Below, piece by piece: positions 41,219 to 52,537 of a stretch of 64,000 bases of DNA. Location: assembly GCA_026003075.1 (NCBI GenBank), contig BPGO01000003.1, positions 259,971 to 323,970 of the forward strand, in the 5' to 3' direction. Position 1 is the stretch's first letter. Every line of letters starts with the position of its first letter. The notes under the pieces are model-generated. The model made no database searches. It had not been told where the DNA came from and saw only the letters and a program-made list of their open reading frames with translations. The position numbers and the translations under genes are program-made. The DNA is from Fimbriimonadales bacterium (GTDB lineage Bacteria > Armatimonadota > Fimbriimonadia > Fimbriimonadales > GBS-DC).

Positions 41219-41280
41219 CCGACGACCCAATTATACCCCAAATCGATCCCTTGCGTTTCAAGAGGTGCGGGGCAGAACTA

Positions 41281-41355
41281 ATAAAAAGGAGGGTGGCAGT
41301 GAAAGGAGAGCAAAGCCTGCCACCCCCAAGGAAGGAAGGTGAACTCGTTCCCAAT
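41281..41355 (-). ncRNA. Candidate small RNA
   Basis: TGnCATAAT upstream (41360-41368); 9-bp stem GGGTGGCAG/CTGCCACCC followed by a U-tract. Confidence 0.4.
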
Positions 41356-41457
41356 TAATATTATGGCACATCGGTCTCAAAAATTAATACCCTGCCGCAG
41401 GATTTGTCCCGAATTTCAGGAGCGAGTCGCAATTTCTTTCACTTAGGAATACGAACG

Positions 41458-42663
41458 ATGCTGAAAAAAAGTTTCCAAGCGGCGTTAGAATCGATCTGGA
41501 TGACCCCACGGCGCACTTTGCTGAGTGGTTTGGGGATGACGGTCGGCGTGGCGGCGATTGTGGTGCTGGTCTCGCTGGGCAAGGGGGTACAGCGGGATGT
41601 GGTCGCGCAGGTGGAGGCGTTGGGGGTCAATCTCGTGATTGTGTTGCCGGGCAGGCTTAGCCCCGAAAACCCGTTCAACCCGATGAGCTTCATCGGGCTG
41701 AGTACCCTCCGTGAGAGCGATGTCGCTGCCGTGATGCAGGTTCCCGGAGTGCGACGGGTCGCACCGATTATGTTCGTCGCGGGCGGCGCGCAACGGGGCG
41801 ACCGCTGGGCCGATGCGGCGCTGATTCTGGGCACCACACCCGAATGGTTCCAAATGCGCCCGCATACGCTCAAATATGGACGCGCCTTCACCGCCAGCGA
41901 AGCGGAGCAGTTCGTCTGTGTTTTAGGTCCGAAGCCTGCTGAGCAACTGTTTGGCGCGGCGAACCCTGTCGGTCAACAAGTGCTGTTGAACGGGAAGCCG
42001 TTCCGTGTGATTGGCGTCACGGCGGAAGACACAAGCCGTTCGCTCTTTGGAAGCGGTGGATTCGAGTTCGCTATCTATGCTCCCATCCGCGCCCTGCAAC
42101 GCGCGATGGGCAGCCAGCAGATTCACCGCGTGATTGCCCAAACGGCGCCTGATGTCGATCCAGCGCAAATCCAGGCGCAGATTAAGGCAGCGGTACTACG
42201 CAGCCATGGAGGGAGCGAGGATTTCTCGGTGCTGACTCAGGAAGAGCTGCTCAGCCGCCTGTTTACGCTGCTGCAGATTGTGTCGGTCGCGCTCACGGGG
42301 ATTACTTCTATTGCGCTGGTGGTAGGCGGGATTGGCGTGATGAATGTGATGCTGATGAGCGTGACGGAGCGCGTGCGGGAAATCGGGATCCGCAAGACGG
42401 TCGGGGCACAGCAGCGCGATATCTTTTGGCAGTTTCTGATGGAGGCGTTGCTCATCGCGCTCATCGGTGGGGCGATGGGCGTGTTGCTGGGCTGGGGCGT
42501 GTGTGCGCTCATCGATCGGCTGACGGTGTTAACCCCACTTGTAACGGGAGAGACCGTCGCGCTGGCGCTGTCGGTGTGTGGGCTGGTGGGACTAATTTTC
42601 GGCGTGTTGCCTGCCTACCGCGCCGCGCGCAAGGACCCCGTGGAGGCGTTGCGCTATGAGTAG
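41458..42663 (+). CDS. MacB/FtsX-family ABC transporter permease
   Basis: VGVAAIVVLVSLG, VGGIGVMNVML.SVTERVREIGIRK.VGA, DPVEALRYE. Confidence 0.93.
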   Translation: MLKKSFQAALESIWMTPRRTLLSGLGMTVGVAAIVVLVSLGKGVQRDVVAQVEALGVNLVIVLPGRLSPENPFNPMSFIGLSTLRESDVAAVMQVPGVRRVAPIMFVAGGAQRGDRWADAALILGTTPEWFQMRPHTLKYGRAFTASEAEQFVCVLGPKPAEQLFGAANPVGQQVLLNGKPFRVIGVTAEDTSRSLFGSGGFEFAIYAPIRALQRAMGSQQIHRVIAQTAPDVDPAQIQAQIKAAVLRSHGGSEDFSVLTQEELLSRLFTLLQIVSVALTGITSIALVVGGIGVMNVMLMSVTERVREIGIRKTVGAQQRDIFWQFLMEALLIALIGGAMGVLLGWGVCALIDRLTVLTPLVTGETVALALSVCGLVGLIFGVLPAYRAARKDPVEALRYE

Positions 42664-42993
42664 CTATGCTGCCCGTTGCTGGAGGTAAGTCGCCAGCGTC
42701 TCCCAATACGCTTTGAGCCGTTGGAGCGCGTCGGGCGCGTCGGACAGATTACCCTGCTTGCCTGCCTGCTCCAACACCAGAGCAATCGCGGCGAACTCGT
42801 CCGCGCCGACGGCACGGGCGCTGCCCTTGAGCGTATGCGCCGCTTTGCCCAGCGTGTCGGCATCGCCCTGTGCCACTGCCGACTCAATTTCGCTCATCAG
42901 GCTGGGGGTCTGCGCTAAAAAGTCGCCCAGCAACTCCGCGATGAACTCCTCATCGCCCCCTGTTATCTCATGCAAGTAATCGTAATTGAGCAT
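42664..42993 (-). CDS. Hpt phosphotransfer protein
   Basis: AAHTLKGSARAVGA. Confidence 0.92.
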   Translation of the reverse strand: MLNYDYLHEITGGDEEFIAELLGDFLAQTPSLMSEIESAVAQGDADTLGKAAHTLKGSARAVGADEFAAIALVLEQAGKQGNLSDAPDALQRLKAYWETLATYLQQRAA

Positions 42994-43024
42994 GTTCGAC
43001 CTCCTATTCGTGTGGGGTTGTATT

Positions 43025-46000
43025 CTATGCTGCTTTATGGTACGTAGTCGGATTCTCCAGCCACCTCGCCAGCGTTTCGCGGAGTTTGTCTGCCTGAATG
43101 GGTTTGCTCAGGTAGTCGTTCATGCCGCAGGCGAGGCATTTTTCGCGGTCGCCCTCCAAGGCGTTGGCGGTCAGCGCGATGATCGGCGTTTGGACGCCGC
43201 GTTCGCGCAGTGTGCGCGTCGCCTCGTAGCCGTCCATCTCCGGCATCTGGCAGTCCATCAGGATTAAATCATAAGCGTTCTCGGTGGCTTTCTGCACCGC
43301 CTCCAGTCCGTTGACCGCGATATCCACCTCCAGTTGCAACTTACCCAGCAGGCGCACAGCGACTTTGCGGTTGACCTCGTTGTCCTCCACCAGTAGGACG
43401 CGCTTATTGGGGAACGCTTCGGGCAGGGACTGCGGTTGCGCAGGGTTGTTGTGCCGCTGCGGAGGTTGGGCTGCGGGTAAGGGCAAGTCTACAAAGAACA
43501 GACTGCCCACGCCGACCTCGCTTTCCACGCCGATTCGCCCGCCCATCGTCTCGGCGAGTCTCTTGCTGATGGTCAGTCCCAGTCCCGTACCGCCGTATTT
43601 GCGCGTGGTGGAGCTGTCGGATTGGGTGAACGCCTCAAAGAGAGAGTCTCTCTTCTCTTCGGGAATGCCAATGCCCGTATCCTGTACCCCAATCCAGACT
43701 CCCTGGGGGTAGGTCGGACTGGGTAGCATGATGAGACTCACGCTGCCCTCGTGGGTGAACTTAATGGCGTTGCTGATAAAGTTCGCTACAATCTGTCGCA
43801 GGCGCACAGGGTCGCCGAGTACCCACTCGGGCGTGTTGGGATCGATCTGCGCCTGCAACACCAGTCCCTTCTCGCTGGCACGCCCACCAAATAACGCGAG
43901 CGTTTCGCGTGCCAACTCGTGCAGATTCACGGGGATTTGCTCTATGGTCATTTTGCCCGCTTCAATCTTGGAGAGGTCTAAAATATCGTTCAGCAGCTCC
44001 AGCAAATACCGGGCGCTGTTTTTGAGGGTGCGGAGCAGCTCTTCCTGCTCCTGAGTGAGTGGGGTGTCTTCCAGCAGCTGCACCATGCCGAGCACGCCGT
44101 TCATCGGGGTGCGGATTTCGTGGCTCATATTCGCCAGAAATTCGGACTTCGCCTGGTTGGCGGCTTCGGCGCGCACCGCCATCTCTTGGGCTTCCAAAAG
44201 CGCCAGCTCCAGTCGCTGGTTGGTCTCTTCCAGCATTTTCTGGGCGTACTTACGCTCGCTCACATCGCGCACCAAAATGATCACGCGCTCCTCAGTGTAA
44301 GGCACAAAGCGCGCTTCGTAGAAACGCTCCTCGCCGCGAACATGGAGGCTATACTCCCACACAAATGGCTGGCGCGTCTCCAGCACGAAAACCACAGGGC
44401 GCATCGCCTGCTCGGCAAACTCGCGAGGCAAACAGTTGTAGATGCTATTCCCCAACGCGAACTCTTTCGGCACAGCAAGTTGGCTCTCGTCGTAGGCGTA
44501 AATTTCATGGTAGATGCCGTCTTTATCGATCACGAAGAGCAAGTCGGGCAACGCAGAGAGCAGTGAGTTCAGATACTGCTCGCGTTCCTGCACTTGGCGC
44601 AACAGCTGCCTATACTCGGTTTGGTCGATTGCGACGCCCACCAGTGTTTTAAGGTTGCCGTTCTCGTCGTAGAGGTGAGAGTAGTAGGTTCGGTAATGGC
44701 GTCCCATCCATTCGCGTTCGGTGACGAGTTTTTCGCCCTGAAGCGCCCGCTGGAAGTCTTCATAGAGTTCCGGGACATCTTGGGAGAGTTGTAGGATATT
44801 GGCCCCTATCAGTGGGAGATCGGGGTAGCGTCTGGGCAGGTCGCGTAGCGCCGCACCCTCAATAAGCTCGATGTTCCCCTGCGCGTCGGAGGCGAACACG
44901 ATGACGGGCGCGTGTTCCAGCACCTGTTGGCGCAGATGGTTCAGGTAGCGCACCTGCTCCTGCTGGCGCTCATATTCCAGAACCAGGCTCACCAGGGAGG
45001 CCAATTGCTCCATCAGCAGAACTTCGTGGGGGCGAGGCGCACGCGCTTGCTTGCAATAGAACGCCAGCACACCAATCACCGCGCCTGTGTTATCCAAACA
45101 CGGCTGCGACCAGCACGCCTTCAGTCCCAACGGCAACACGAGGTGCGCATAGTCCCGCCAAAGAGGATCCGTCGCCACATTGTCCACCACAACGCGCTCT
45201 TTTCGGCACACCGCGGCGCCACAGGAGCCGACGCCGGGACCGAGACGCAAGCCATTAACAGCCTGTGTATACGATTCCGGCATCGTGGGGGCGGCGATTA
45301 ACTGATAACATCCATCGCGCACCTGCGCCAGCGTACAGCGTATGTCGGGGAGAACCTGCTCCAACTCGGCGCAGGCATCGTGCAAGATCTGGTGCACCGG
45401 TTCCCCTTGCAAAACGCGTTGCATCGCTTGCGCGTGGATTCGTTGCGCGGTAGCGTGGTACCGCAATCGCGAGGTGAGACCTTCCCGATAGCGCAGCGCT
45501 AATCCCAACGCCAACCCCGCAATGAGGGCGAACCCAACTGCATAGAGTAAGTTGCGTCGGTAGGCGCGGTCTATTACCGCAAGTTCCGCTAAATAATCCT
45601 TCGCAGCGATGTCGACGCCCAGTGCGCCTATCACATTGCCTCGGTGATCTCGCAGAGGTACATAGGCACATACATAATCGCCCCACGGGCTGGGCACGAT
45701 ATCCGTCAACTGCGGTGCGCCCGTTGTAAACACGGCGTGCATTTCCGGCTCGGCTTCGGGATACTCATCGCCGATGTAGGATTTGTCTTCCACGCCGTCG
45801 CCATCGTTGTCGCCGGGCGGTGTGGCGTCCAGTACGAAGTAAATCTTGCCGTCCTTGCGGGTGAAGGTGTAGATAAACTTGATTTGTGGGTCGGTCGCTT
45901 GGATTTTCGCCAGCGGCTCGATGGCGCGTCGGTATTTTTCGGTGTTCTCTTCGCCGGGTTTGAAAGTCTGGTGGAGTTCAGGGTCGACGGTGGTGGCTGT

Positions 46001-46171
46001 CGCCAACGCTGTATGCAACAATCTCTGATAGAATTCCTGTCGGAGAAGCGCGCGGGCTTCGTGGTAGAATGTGTTGATTCCGACTGTCGCTGCGCCGACG
46101 ATAGTCAGCGTCGCCGTCGCGCCCCACAAGATGGGATAACCCCACTTCTGCTGCCATTGCCGCATCGTCAA
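43025..46171 (-). CDS. Hybrid sensor histidine kinase (periplasmic sensor, GAF, PAS x2, HisKA, HATPase, REC)
   Basis: [49 protein letters not shown]. Confidence 0.95.
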   Translation of the reverse strand: MTMRQWQQKWGYPILWGATATLTIVGAATVGINTFYHEARALLRQEFYQRLLHTALATATTVDPELHQTFKPGEENTEKYRRAIEPLAKIQATDPQIKFIYTFTRKDGKIYFVLDATPPGDNDGDGVEDKSYIGDEYPEAEPEMHAVFTTGAPQLTDIVPSPWGDYVCAYVPLRDHRGNVIGALGVDIAAKDYLAELAVIDRAYRRNLLYAVGFALIAGLALGLALRYREGLTSRLRYHATAQRIHAQAMQRVLQGEPVHQILHDACAELEQVLPDIRCTLAQVRDGCYQLIAAPTMPESYTQAVNGLRLGPGVGSCGAAVCRKERVVVDNVATDPLWRDYAHLVLPLGLKACWSQPCLDNTGAVIGVLAFYCKQARAPRPHEVLLMEQLASLVSLVLEYERQQEQVRYLNHLRQQVLEHAPVIVFASDAQGNIELIEGAALRDLPRRYPDLPLIGANILQLSQDVPELYEDFQRALQGEKLVTEREWMGRHYRTYYSHLYDENGNLKTLVGVAIDQTEYRQLLRQVQEREQYLNSLLSALPDLLFVIDKDGIYHEIYAYDESQLAVPKEFALGNSIYNCLPREFAEQAMRPVVFVLETRQPFVWEYSLHVRGEERFYEARFVPYTEERVIILVRDVSERKYAQKMLEETNQRLELALLEAQEMAVRAEAANQAKSEFLANMSHEIRTPMNGVLGMVQLLEDTPLTQEQEELLRTLKNSARYLLELLNDILDLSKIEAGKMTIEQIPVNLHELARETLALFGGRASEKGLVLQAQIDPNTPEWVLGDPVRLRQIVANFISNAIKFTHEGSVSLIMLPSPTYPQGVWIGVQDTGIGIPEEKRDSLFEAFTQSDSSTTRKYGGTGLGLTISKRLAETMGGRIGVESEVGVGSLFFVDLPLPAAQPPQRHNNPAQPQSLPEAFPNKRVLLVEDNEVNRKVAVRLLGKLQLEVDIAVNGLEAVQKATENAYDLILMDCQMPEMDGYEATRTLRERGVQTPIIALTANALEGDREKCLACGMNDYLSKPIQADKLRETLARWLENPTTYHKAA

Positions 46172-46201
46172 GGGGTTATTCCATAAAATCCGATTCAGTT
46201 G

Positions 46202-47443
46202 CTATTCGGGAGTGATTGCCACAAGGACACGCTGTTCTGGGGCGAGCAGTTGCTGTGCCAGTATGTGCAGGCGTTCGGGTGTGACGGCGTCAATCTCAGC
46301 GATGATTTCCTCCATCGGGGTCACATAGCCGCGCATCAGCGTCTCGCTGCCAATGAGTTCTGCCCGCGCCTGGGTCGATTCCAACGCGAGGACGCGGTTC
46401 CCCTTGAGCAGGTTGCAGGCGTTGACCACTTCCTCCTCACTGGGCGGCTCCGTGAGGAGTTTATCAAGTTCGGTCTGGATCACCTCGACGGCTTGCTCGA
46501 AGGCGTTGGGGGCGACACCGCTGTAAATCACGAAAAGCCCCGCGTCGGACATCGGCATCGCATAACTGCCCACCTCGTACGCAAGTCCGCGCTTCTCGCG
46601 TACCTCCTGCCAGAGCCGACTGAACATGCTGCCTCCCAGTAGGGTGTTCAGCACCGCTTGCGCATAGCGCCGCTCGTCGAAAAACGACACGCCATGCGTT
46701 ACGAGGGCGAAGTGGGTCTGCTCCACATCGCGCGTCTCAATATGGCGTGCGGGTGCGTTCGGGTCGCGTGTCGGGGCAGGCTGCGTCGGGGAATCGGAGG
46801 CGCGGGGTTCGGGGTTCCAGCGTCCGAGCCAGCGATCCACTTCTTGAAACAGCGCGTCGGGGTCTAAGTTGCCCGCCGCTGCGACCACCACGCGTTCGGG
46901 GCGATAGTGGGTTTGGATAAACTCGAGAATCATTTCACGCGTGAATGCGCTGACCGTTTGCGGCACGCCGATAATGCGTCGCGCCAACGGGTGGTCGCCC
47001 CAGTAGACCTCCGTCACGCGATCGTGGAGGATTTCGTCGGGGGTGTCTTCAATCATGCGCATCTCTTCCAGAATCACGCCTTTTTCGAGTTCGATATCGT
47101 CGGGTTCTAAACGGGCGTTGAGGAACAGGTCGCTCAACACCTCGACGGCGACGGGCATATGTTCGGCGAGCATGCGGGCGTAGTAGAAAGTGAGTTCCTT
47201 GCCCGTGGAGGCGTTCAGCACGCCGCCGCGCCCTTCAATCTCTTGCGCTATCTGGGTCGCGCTGCGTGTGTGCGTGCCTTTGAACAGCATATGTTCCAGA
47301 AAGTGGGCAATCCCGTGCTGCTGGGGTGTCTCATCGCGTGAACCAGCGCGTATCCAGAGGCTTACTGTGAGCGACTGCACGGTGGGGATCGCTTCCGCAA
47401 CGACGCGGATCCCGTTGCTCAAGGTGGTCTGATGCAGGTTCAT
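46202..47443 (-). CDS. M16 family peptidase
   Basis: AHFLEHMLFKGT (HxxEH), SRLWQEVREKRGLAY. Confidence 0.95.
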   Translation of the reverse strand: MNLHQTTLSNGIRVVAEAIPTVQSLTVSLWIRAGSRDETPQQHGIAHFLEHMLFKGTHTRSATQIAQEIEGRGGVLNASTGKELTFYYARMLAEHMPVAVEVLSDLFLNARLEPDDIELEKGVILEEMRMIEDTPDEILHDRVTEVYWGDHPLARRIIGVPQTVSAFTREMILEFIQTHYRPERVVVAAAGNLDPDALFQEVDRWLGRWNPEPRASDSPTQPAPTRDPNAPARHIETRDVEQTHFALVTHGVSFFDERRYAQAVLNTLLGGSMFSRLWQEVREKRGLAYEVGSYAMPMSDAGLFVIYSGVAPNAFEQAVEVIQTELDKLLTEPPSEEEVVNACNLLKGNRVLALESTQARAELIGSETLMRGYVTPMEEIIAEIDAVTPERLHILAQQLLAPEQRVLVAITPE

Positions 47444-47488
47444 CGGGTGAGAAGTATACCCCAATACCGCGTCTGCGCCGCTGCGGTG

Positions 47489-48943
47489 CTACAGGGCATG
47501 CTGGGTCACGCTGTTGCCGTCGCAGGTAATCAGCACCGCTTCGTCATCTACGACGGTCTCTATGTGTACGGGGCGTCCCCAGAGTTTGACCAGATAGCGC
47601 ATGCAGCGGGTGGTGCGTTGCATATCGAGCGGCTTTCCGTCGTAGTGGTGTTTTAGGTACAGTTCGCCGCGATGCTCCCAATCGCCATCCTCTACGGTCA
47701 ACACGGGCATGCCAAAGTTAGTCATATTGTCGACCAGCGTATTGCGCACGGTGCGCCAGTCGGTTTCGTCCACCACCCAAACCAACTCGCCGTTCTGCTC
47801 CTCCACACGATAGGTGTAGAGGTCTAACTCGCGCACGAGTTTCTCGGTGAGGTACTTGTGCAGGAAGGTCTGGTCGCATTCCAGCGTGCGCACTTCAAAG
47901 AGTTTTTGCATTCCTTGTCCGACGGGGCGTTCGATGCGATAGCCCATCCAGTCGGTCTCTTCCTCGTCGGGGTCGATCGCGCCGTTCCAGCGTCGCTCAA
48001 TATCGCGCAGCACCTTGTAGCCTACATAGTAGGGGTTGAGGCTGGTGCGCGAGCCGGGCTGGATGACCGACGAGTGCATCCGACGGAACTGCACATGCTC
48101 GTCGGGGGTGAGGGGGAGGTTTTCGAGGATGCGTTCATGCCAAAACGACGCCCATCCCTCGTTGAGAATCTTTGTCTTGATCTGTGGCAAGAAGTAGATC
48201 ATCTCCTCGCGAATCATGCTGATGATGTCGCGTTGCCAGTCTTCCAGCACGCGCGAGTGGTCGCGAATGAAGAGGAGTAAATCTTTCTGGGGCTCTTCGG
48301 GGATTTTGCGCTTTTTGGGTTCGGGTTTCGGTTTCGGCTGCACCAAGTAGAAGAGGTCTTCGTAGGTGTCGCCCGTGGGTTTCGGCTCGGCGTTCTCCTG
48401 CCTGCGTGGGGGCGCGCCGTAGGTGGGCAACACGGGGTCGATATGCTCTTCAATTGACAGCACGGCGTCGAGAAACTGCTCCACCACCAGCGGTCCGTAG
48501 CGCATTTCGTATTCGCGGATGCGCTCCGCGTGCAGACGCGCGCGTTCAATCATGCGCCGATCGGTGTGTTCGAAGTAGATATTGTTCTTGAAAAAGTCGG
48601 AGTGTCCGTACACATGGGCAATCACTAATTTATGCGCCAGCATATCGTTCACATCGAGTAGGAACGCCTGAGCGGGGTCGCTGTTGAATACGAGTTCGTA
48701 GATACGGCTTACTCCGTACTCGTACATGGTCTTTTGCACATGGTAGTCGCGTCCAAAGGTCCAATGCGAGAAGCGTGCGGGTAGCGCGTAGGAGCCCAGT
48801 TCGTAAATCACATGGGCGGGCGCCACCTCGAAATGCACGGGGAACGGGTCTAAGCCCATTTCCAGGGCTTTTTCGTAAATCATCTCAATCCAGCGTTCCA
48901 GCTCGGCGCGTTCTGCCTGCGTCATCGTTGCCCCCAGTCTCAT
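47489..48943 (-). CDS. SpoVR family protein
   Basis: RFSHWTFG, IYELVFN, AHVYGHSDFFKNN, TKILNEGWASFWH, NPYYVG. Confidence 0.93.
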   Translation of the reverse strand: MRLGATMTQAERAELERWIEMIYEKALEMGLDPFPVHFEVAPAHVIYELGSYALPARFSHWTFGRDYHVQKTMYEYGVSRIYELVFNSDPAQAFLLDVNDMLAHKLVIAHVYGHSDFFKNNIYFEHTDRRMIERARLHAERIREYEMRYGPLVVEQFLDAVLSIEEHIDPVLPTYGAPPRRQENAEPKPTGDTYEDLFYLVQPKPKPEPKKRKIPEEPQKDLLLFIRDHSRVLEDWQRDIISMIREEMIYFLPQIKTKILNEGWASFWHERILENLPLTPDEHVQFRRMHSSVIQPGSRTSLNPYYVGYKVLRDIERRWNGAIDPDEEETDWMGYRIERPVGQGMQKLFEVRTLECDQTFLHKYLTEKLVRELDLYTYRVEEQNGELVWVVDETDWRTVRNTLVDNMTNFGMPVLTVEDGDWEHRGELYLKHHYDGKPLDMQRTTRCMRYLVKLWGRPVHIETVVDDEAVLITCDGNSVTQHAL

Positions 48944-49078
48944 GATATTAACGCAGATAATTGTCGGCAGGTTCCTATGGTTTCCAGAATCCTATGACGG
49001 CTGGAATGCGTCGTGTGGCGTATTTCGGAGCCGCCGCGCAGGAATTTCACTCGTTATGCCCTATTATCTTCGCTGAAG

Positions 49079-50296
49079 ATGACACGCAATCGTTGGACGA
49101 TTCCCGTTGTGCTGGCAGTCACGGTGTTCGTGCATTACATCGACCGCAATAATCTCTCCATCGTGTTGCCCCAGATTGCCCGCGAGTTTGGTTGGAGCGA
49201 TCAGCAGATGGGTCAGTACGGGCAGTATCTCTTGGGGGCGTTTTACCTCACTTTTGGGGCGGCGCAGATTTTGCTCAGTCCTTGGGCGGAGCGGTTCGGC
49301 GTGAAGCGCAGCTTGATGCTTTCGATTGTGGGGTTCTCGGTCTGTACAATGCTTGTGTATCCGCTGGGGGGTTCTTTGGGGGCGTTGATTGGGTTGCGCT
49401 TACTGCTGGGCGCGGCGGAGAGCGTGCATATGCCGATGAACAGCGCGCTGGTGAGCCGTTGGTTCCCTCCGCATGAGCGCGGGCGAGCGAACTCGATTTA
49501 TGTGGCGGGGATCTTGTTGGCGTTGGCGAGTGCGCCGCTGTTGATTATTCCGCTTGCAGAACGGTTCGGCTGGCGGCCGACTTTTGCGCTGCTGGGGGCT
49601 GCAGGGCTGATGGTTAGCGTGCCGTTGGTGGCGACGCTGGTGAGCGATTCGCCACCTCGTGGCTTAGAAGGTCCAACGCACGCGAAGCATCGCCTGAACG
49701 AGACCCTCCAAGCCGTAGACCGTGCTACGCTGTGGCTCTATATCGCAGCGGGGATTTGTAATGCCTTCTGTGTGTTCGGGATATTGAACTGGCTGCCCAG
49801 TTATTTGAACCGCACTCGCGGCATCGAGTTCGGTGAGTTGAGCCTACCGTTGTCTGGGGTGTTTTTGTCGGGCATTCTGGGAATCTTTTTCTGGGCGTAC
49901 TGGGGGGATCGGAGCGGCAAGCGCACCCTGTTGGCAAGCGTGGGGCTGCTGCTTGCAGGGGTATGTGTGCTCCTAACAGCGATTGCGCCCGCGAACGGCT
50001 GGGCAATCGGCTTGCTGGCGTTGGGGGTCTTTTTGCAGAGCAGTTATAACGCTCAGGAGTTTGCCACATTGCAGGGCATGGTACCCTCCGAACGAGTGGG
50101 AGCGATTACGGGGCTTTATAACGGAGCAACGGTGCTGTTCGGTGGGGTGGGAGGGTCGCTCATTCCAGGCACGGTCGTGGCGCTTACAGGGAGTTTTCAG
50201 GCAGGGCTGCTCAGCGTCGCGGTGGGGGCGGGTATGGTGAGCCTGCTTATGGCACTCCTCACGCGGCGCCTCGCGTCACTGGCACGGGTGCTGTGA
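49079..50296 (+). CDS. MFS transporter (ACS-like)
   Basis: YIDRNNLSI, AERFGVKR, RWFPPHERGRAN, about 12 TM. Confidence 0.9.
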   Translation: MTRNRWTIPVVLAVTVFVHYIDRNNLSIVLPQIAREFGWSDQQMGQYGQYLLGAFYLTFGAAQILLSPWAERFGVKRSLMLSIVGFSVCTMLVYPLGGSLGALIGLRLLLGAAESVHMPMNSALVSRWFPPHERGRANSIYVAGILLALASAPLLIIPLAERFGWRPTFALLGAAGLMVSVPLVATLVSDSPPRGLEGPTHAKHRLNETLQAVDRATLWLYIAAGICNAFCVFGILNWLPSYLNRTRGIEFGELSLPLSGVFLSGILGIFFWAYWGDRSGKRTLLASVGLLLAGVCVLLTAIAPANGWAIGLLALGVFLQSSYNAQEFATLQGMVPSERVGAITGLYNGATVLFGGVGGSLIPGTVVALTGSFQAGLLSVAVGAGMVSLLMALLTRRLASLARVL

Positions 50297-50372
50297 GGCA
50301 TATCAGTACGCTTGGAAGATGGCTTTTGGCATAAGCAGGACTCTGCGCGCGGAACGCGAAACAGATTAGTGT

Positions 50373-50633
50373 ATGAAATCGGAGTCGCCGCTACGCGCCT
50401 ACTGGCGTGCGAACGTGCGCCTCATCGCGACGCTGCTTACGGTGTGGTTCGTCACGGCGTATGGCGTCAGCATCGTGTTCGCGCCGTGGCTGAACCAGTT
50501 TCGGCTGGGCAGCACGCCGCTGGGCTTTTGGCTCGCACAGCAGGGCAGTATCTATGTGTTCATTCTGCTCATCTGGATTTACGCCCGCGCAATGGACACG
50601 CTGGATCGACGGTATGAGGTGCATGAAGACTGA
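50373..50633 (+). CDS. Small membrane subunit of sodium:solute symporter (DUF4212-type)
   Basis: YWRANVRLI, PLGFWLAQQGSIYVF; directly upstream of the symporter. Confidence 0.88.
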   Translation: MKSESPLRAYWRANVRLIATLLTVWFVTAYGVSIVFAPWLNQFRLGSTPLGFWLAQQGSIYVFILLIWIYARAMDTLDRRYEVHED

Positions 50634-50671
50634 GCGGGTCGCTAACCGCGCCTATTTCACACGGACGCACG

Positions 50672-52414
50672 ATGACTGTTGAGCAGTGGACCTATCTGAT
50701 TGTAGGGCTGAGCTTCGCGCTCTATATCTATATCGGCTACGCCTCGCGCGTGCGCGATACGAAAGGGTTCTATGTGGCGGGGCGCGGCGTGCCGCCCATC
50801 GCCAACGGCGCAGCGACCGCCGCCGACTGGATGAGCGCGGCGAGTTTTATCTCGATGGCAGGGCTTATCGCCACGCTGGGCTACGACGGCGCCATCTATC
50901 TAATGGGGTGGACAGGCGGTTATGTGCTACTCGCGCTCTTGCTTGCCCCCTACTTGCGCAAGTATCGCAAGTTCACCGTGCCCGATTTCGTGGGCGACCG
51001 CTATGCGTCGCAGACCGCCCGTACGCTCGCCGCGCTGGCGACGATTTTTATCTCGCTCGTGTATGTGGCGGGGCAGATGCGCGGCGTGGGAATCGTGTTC
51101 AGCCGATTCTTAGCCATCGACATCGCTCAAGGCGTGCTGCTGGGCGTGGCAGTAACGGCGTTTTTTGCCATCTTGGGCGGGATGAAAGGCGTCACTTGGA
51201 CGCAAGCCGCGCAGTATACTATCCTGATTATCGCGTATCTCATCCCAGGGGTCGCGCTGGCGTACCTGCTGACGGGCAATCCCATCCCTCAACTTGCGTT
51301 CGCATTCAGCGACATCAGCGAACGGCTTAACCAGCTCCAGACCGATTTGGGCTTTAGCGAGTACACTGCGCCGTTTCAGAGTAAGTCGATGCTCGATGTG
51401 CTGGCGATTACGGGCGCGCTGATGGTTGGCACGGCGGGGCTACCGCATGTGATTATTCGGTTCTACACCACGCCTGATGTGCGCTCGGCGCGCTACTCGG
51501 CGTTCTGGGCGTTGCTGTTTATCGGGCTGCTGTATACCACCGCGCCTGCGCTGGCGATGTTCGCCCGCTACAACTTGATTAACACGCTGCACGGCAAGCC
51601 GATGGAGCAGGTGCGCCAGATTGACTGGGTCGCCAAGTGGGAGCAGACGGGGCTGCTAAAACTCGTGGATAAAAACGGCGACGGCGTCGTGCAGTTCGCG
51701 AAGGGCAAAGCGTTTTTGGAGAAAAGCGGCAAGCCCGACTTCAACGCGCCCGACAGGAGCAACCCCAACGAGGTGTATCTGGACAACGATATTATTGTCC
51801 TCTCTACGCCCGAAGTCGCGCAACTGGCGCCGTTCGTGATTGCGCTGTTGGCGGCTGGGGGGCTGGCGGCTGCGCTCTCGACGGCGTCGGGACTGCTGAT
51901 TGCGATGTCCAGCGCGGTGGCGCACGATTTGTATTATCGGGTGTTCAATCCGCGCGCCCCCGAACGGCTGCGTTTGCTGGTGGGACGGCTGGCGATGGTT
52001 CCTGCGCTGTTCGCCGCGGCGTATCTGGGGATTAATCCGCCCGGTTTTGTAGCGCAGGTGGTGGCGTTCGCGTTCGGCTTGGCGGCGTCGGGGCTGTTCC
52101 CGGCGATTCTGTCGGGGATTTTTGACCGCCGTATGAATGCTCAGGGCGCTATTGCAGGCATGGTGATTGGCTTGGGCTTCACGACCGTGATGATTGCGCT
52201 GATGCGGGCGCCCCAACTCTTCGGCGCGCCTGAACCGTATCTGAAGGACTTCTTCGGGATCAGTGCGGAAGGCATCGGTATCGTGGGTATGGCTCTGAAC
52301 CTGATAACCGCGCTCGTTGTCTCGCGCCTGACGCCGCCGCCCCCCGCACACATTCAGGAGATTGTGGACTCGATTCGCATCCCACGCGGCGCAGGCGAGG
52401 CGTTGGAGGAATAA
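50672..52414 (+). CDS. actP: Cation/acetate symporter, sodium:solute symporter family
   Basis: NGAATAADWMSAASF, GTAGLPHVIIRF, GGLAAALSTASGLL; ends RGAGEALEE. Confidence 0.85.
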   Translation: MTVEQWTYLIVGLSFALYIYIGYASRVRDTKGFYVAGRGVPPIANGAATAADWMSAASFISMAGLIATLGYDGAIYLMGWTGGYVLLALLLAPYLRKYRKFTVPDFVGDRYASQTARTLAALATIFISLVYVAGQMRGVGIVFSRFLAIDIAQGVLLGVAVTAFFAILGGMKGVTWTQAAQYTILIIAYLIPGVALAYLLTGNPIPQLAFAFSDISERLNQLQTDLGFSEYTAPFQSKSMLDVLAITGALMVGTAGLPHVIIRFYTTPDVRSARYSAFWALLFIGLLYTTAPALAMFARYNLINTLHGKPMEQVRQIDWVAKWEQTGLLKLVDKNGDGVVQFAKGKAFLEKSGKPDFNAPDRSNPNEVYLDNDIIVLSTPEVAQLAPFVIALLAAGGLAAALSTASGLLIAMSSAVAHDLYYRVFNPRAPERLRLLVGRLAMVPALFAAAYLGINPPGFVAQVVAFAFGLAASGLFPAILSGIFDRRMNAQGAIAGMVIGLGFTTVMIALMRAPQLFGAPEPYLKDFFGISAEGIGIVGMALNLITALVVSRLTPPPPAHIQEIVDSIRIPRGAGEALEE

Positions 52415-52537
52415 CAAAAGCAGGGATGCAAAACTTGCATCCCTGCCCAATAAACTCTACTGCCTTGGTGACATCATTACGCGCAAGTGGTCTGCCTGAA
52501 ACTCCACCCAGTACACATTTCCGTCGCGATCGACGTC
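52276..52537. repeat. 262-bp direct repeat, copy 1 (actP 3' end, terminator, propeller 3' end)
   Basis: Aligns without gaps to 61901..62162; diverged in the first ~75 bp, near-identical afterwards. Confidence 0.95.
52420..52446. terminator. Hairpin between convergent genes (identical copy at 62045..62071)
   Basis: GCAGGGATGCAA-AAC-TTGCATCCCTGC perfect 12-bp stem. Confidence 0.8.

Noticed and set aside
47489-48943. SpoVR as evidence of sporulation
   Set aside because: SpoVR/YcgB homologues are widespread in non-sporulating bacteria.
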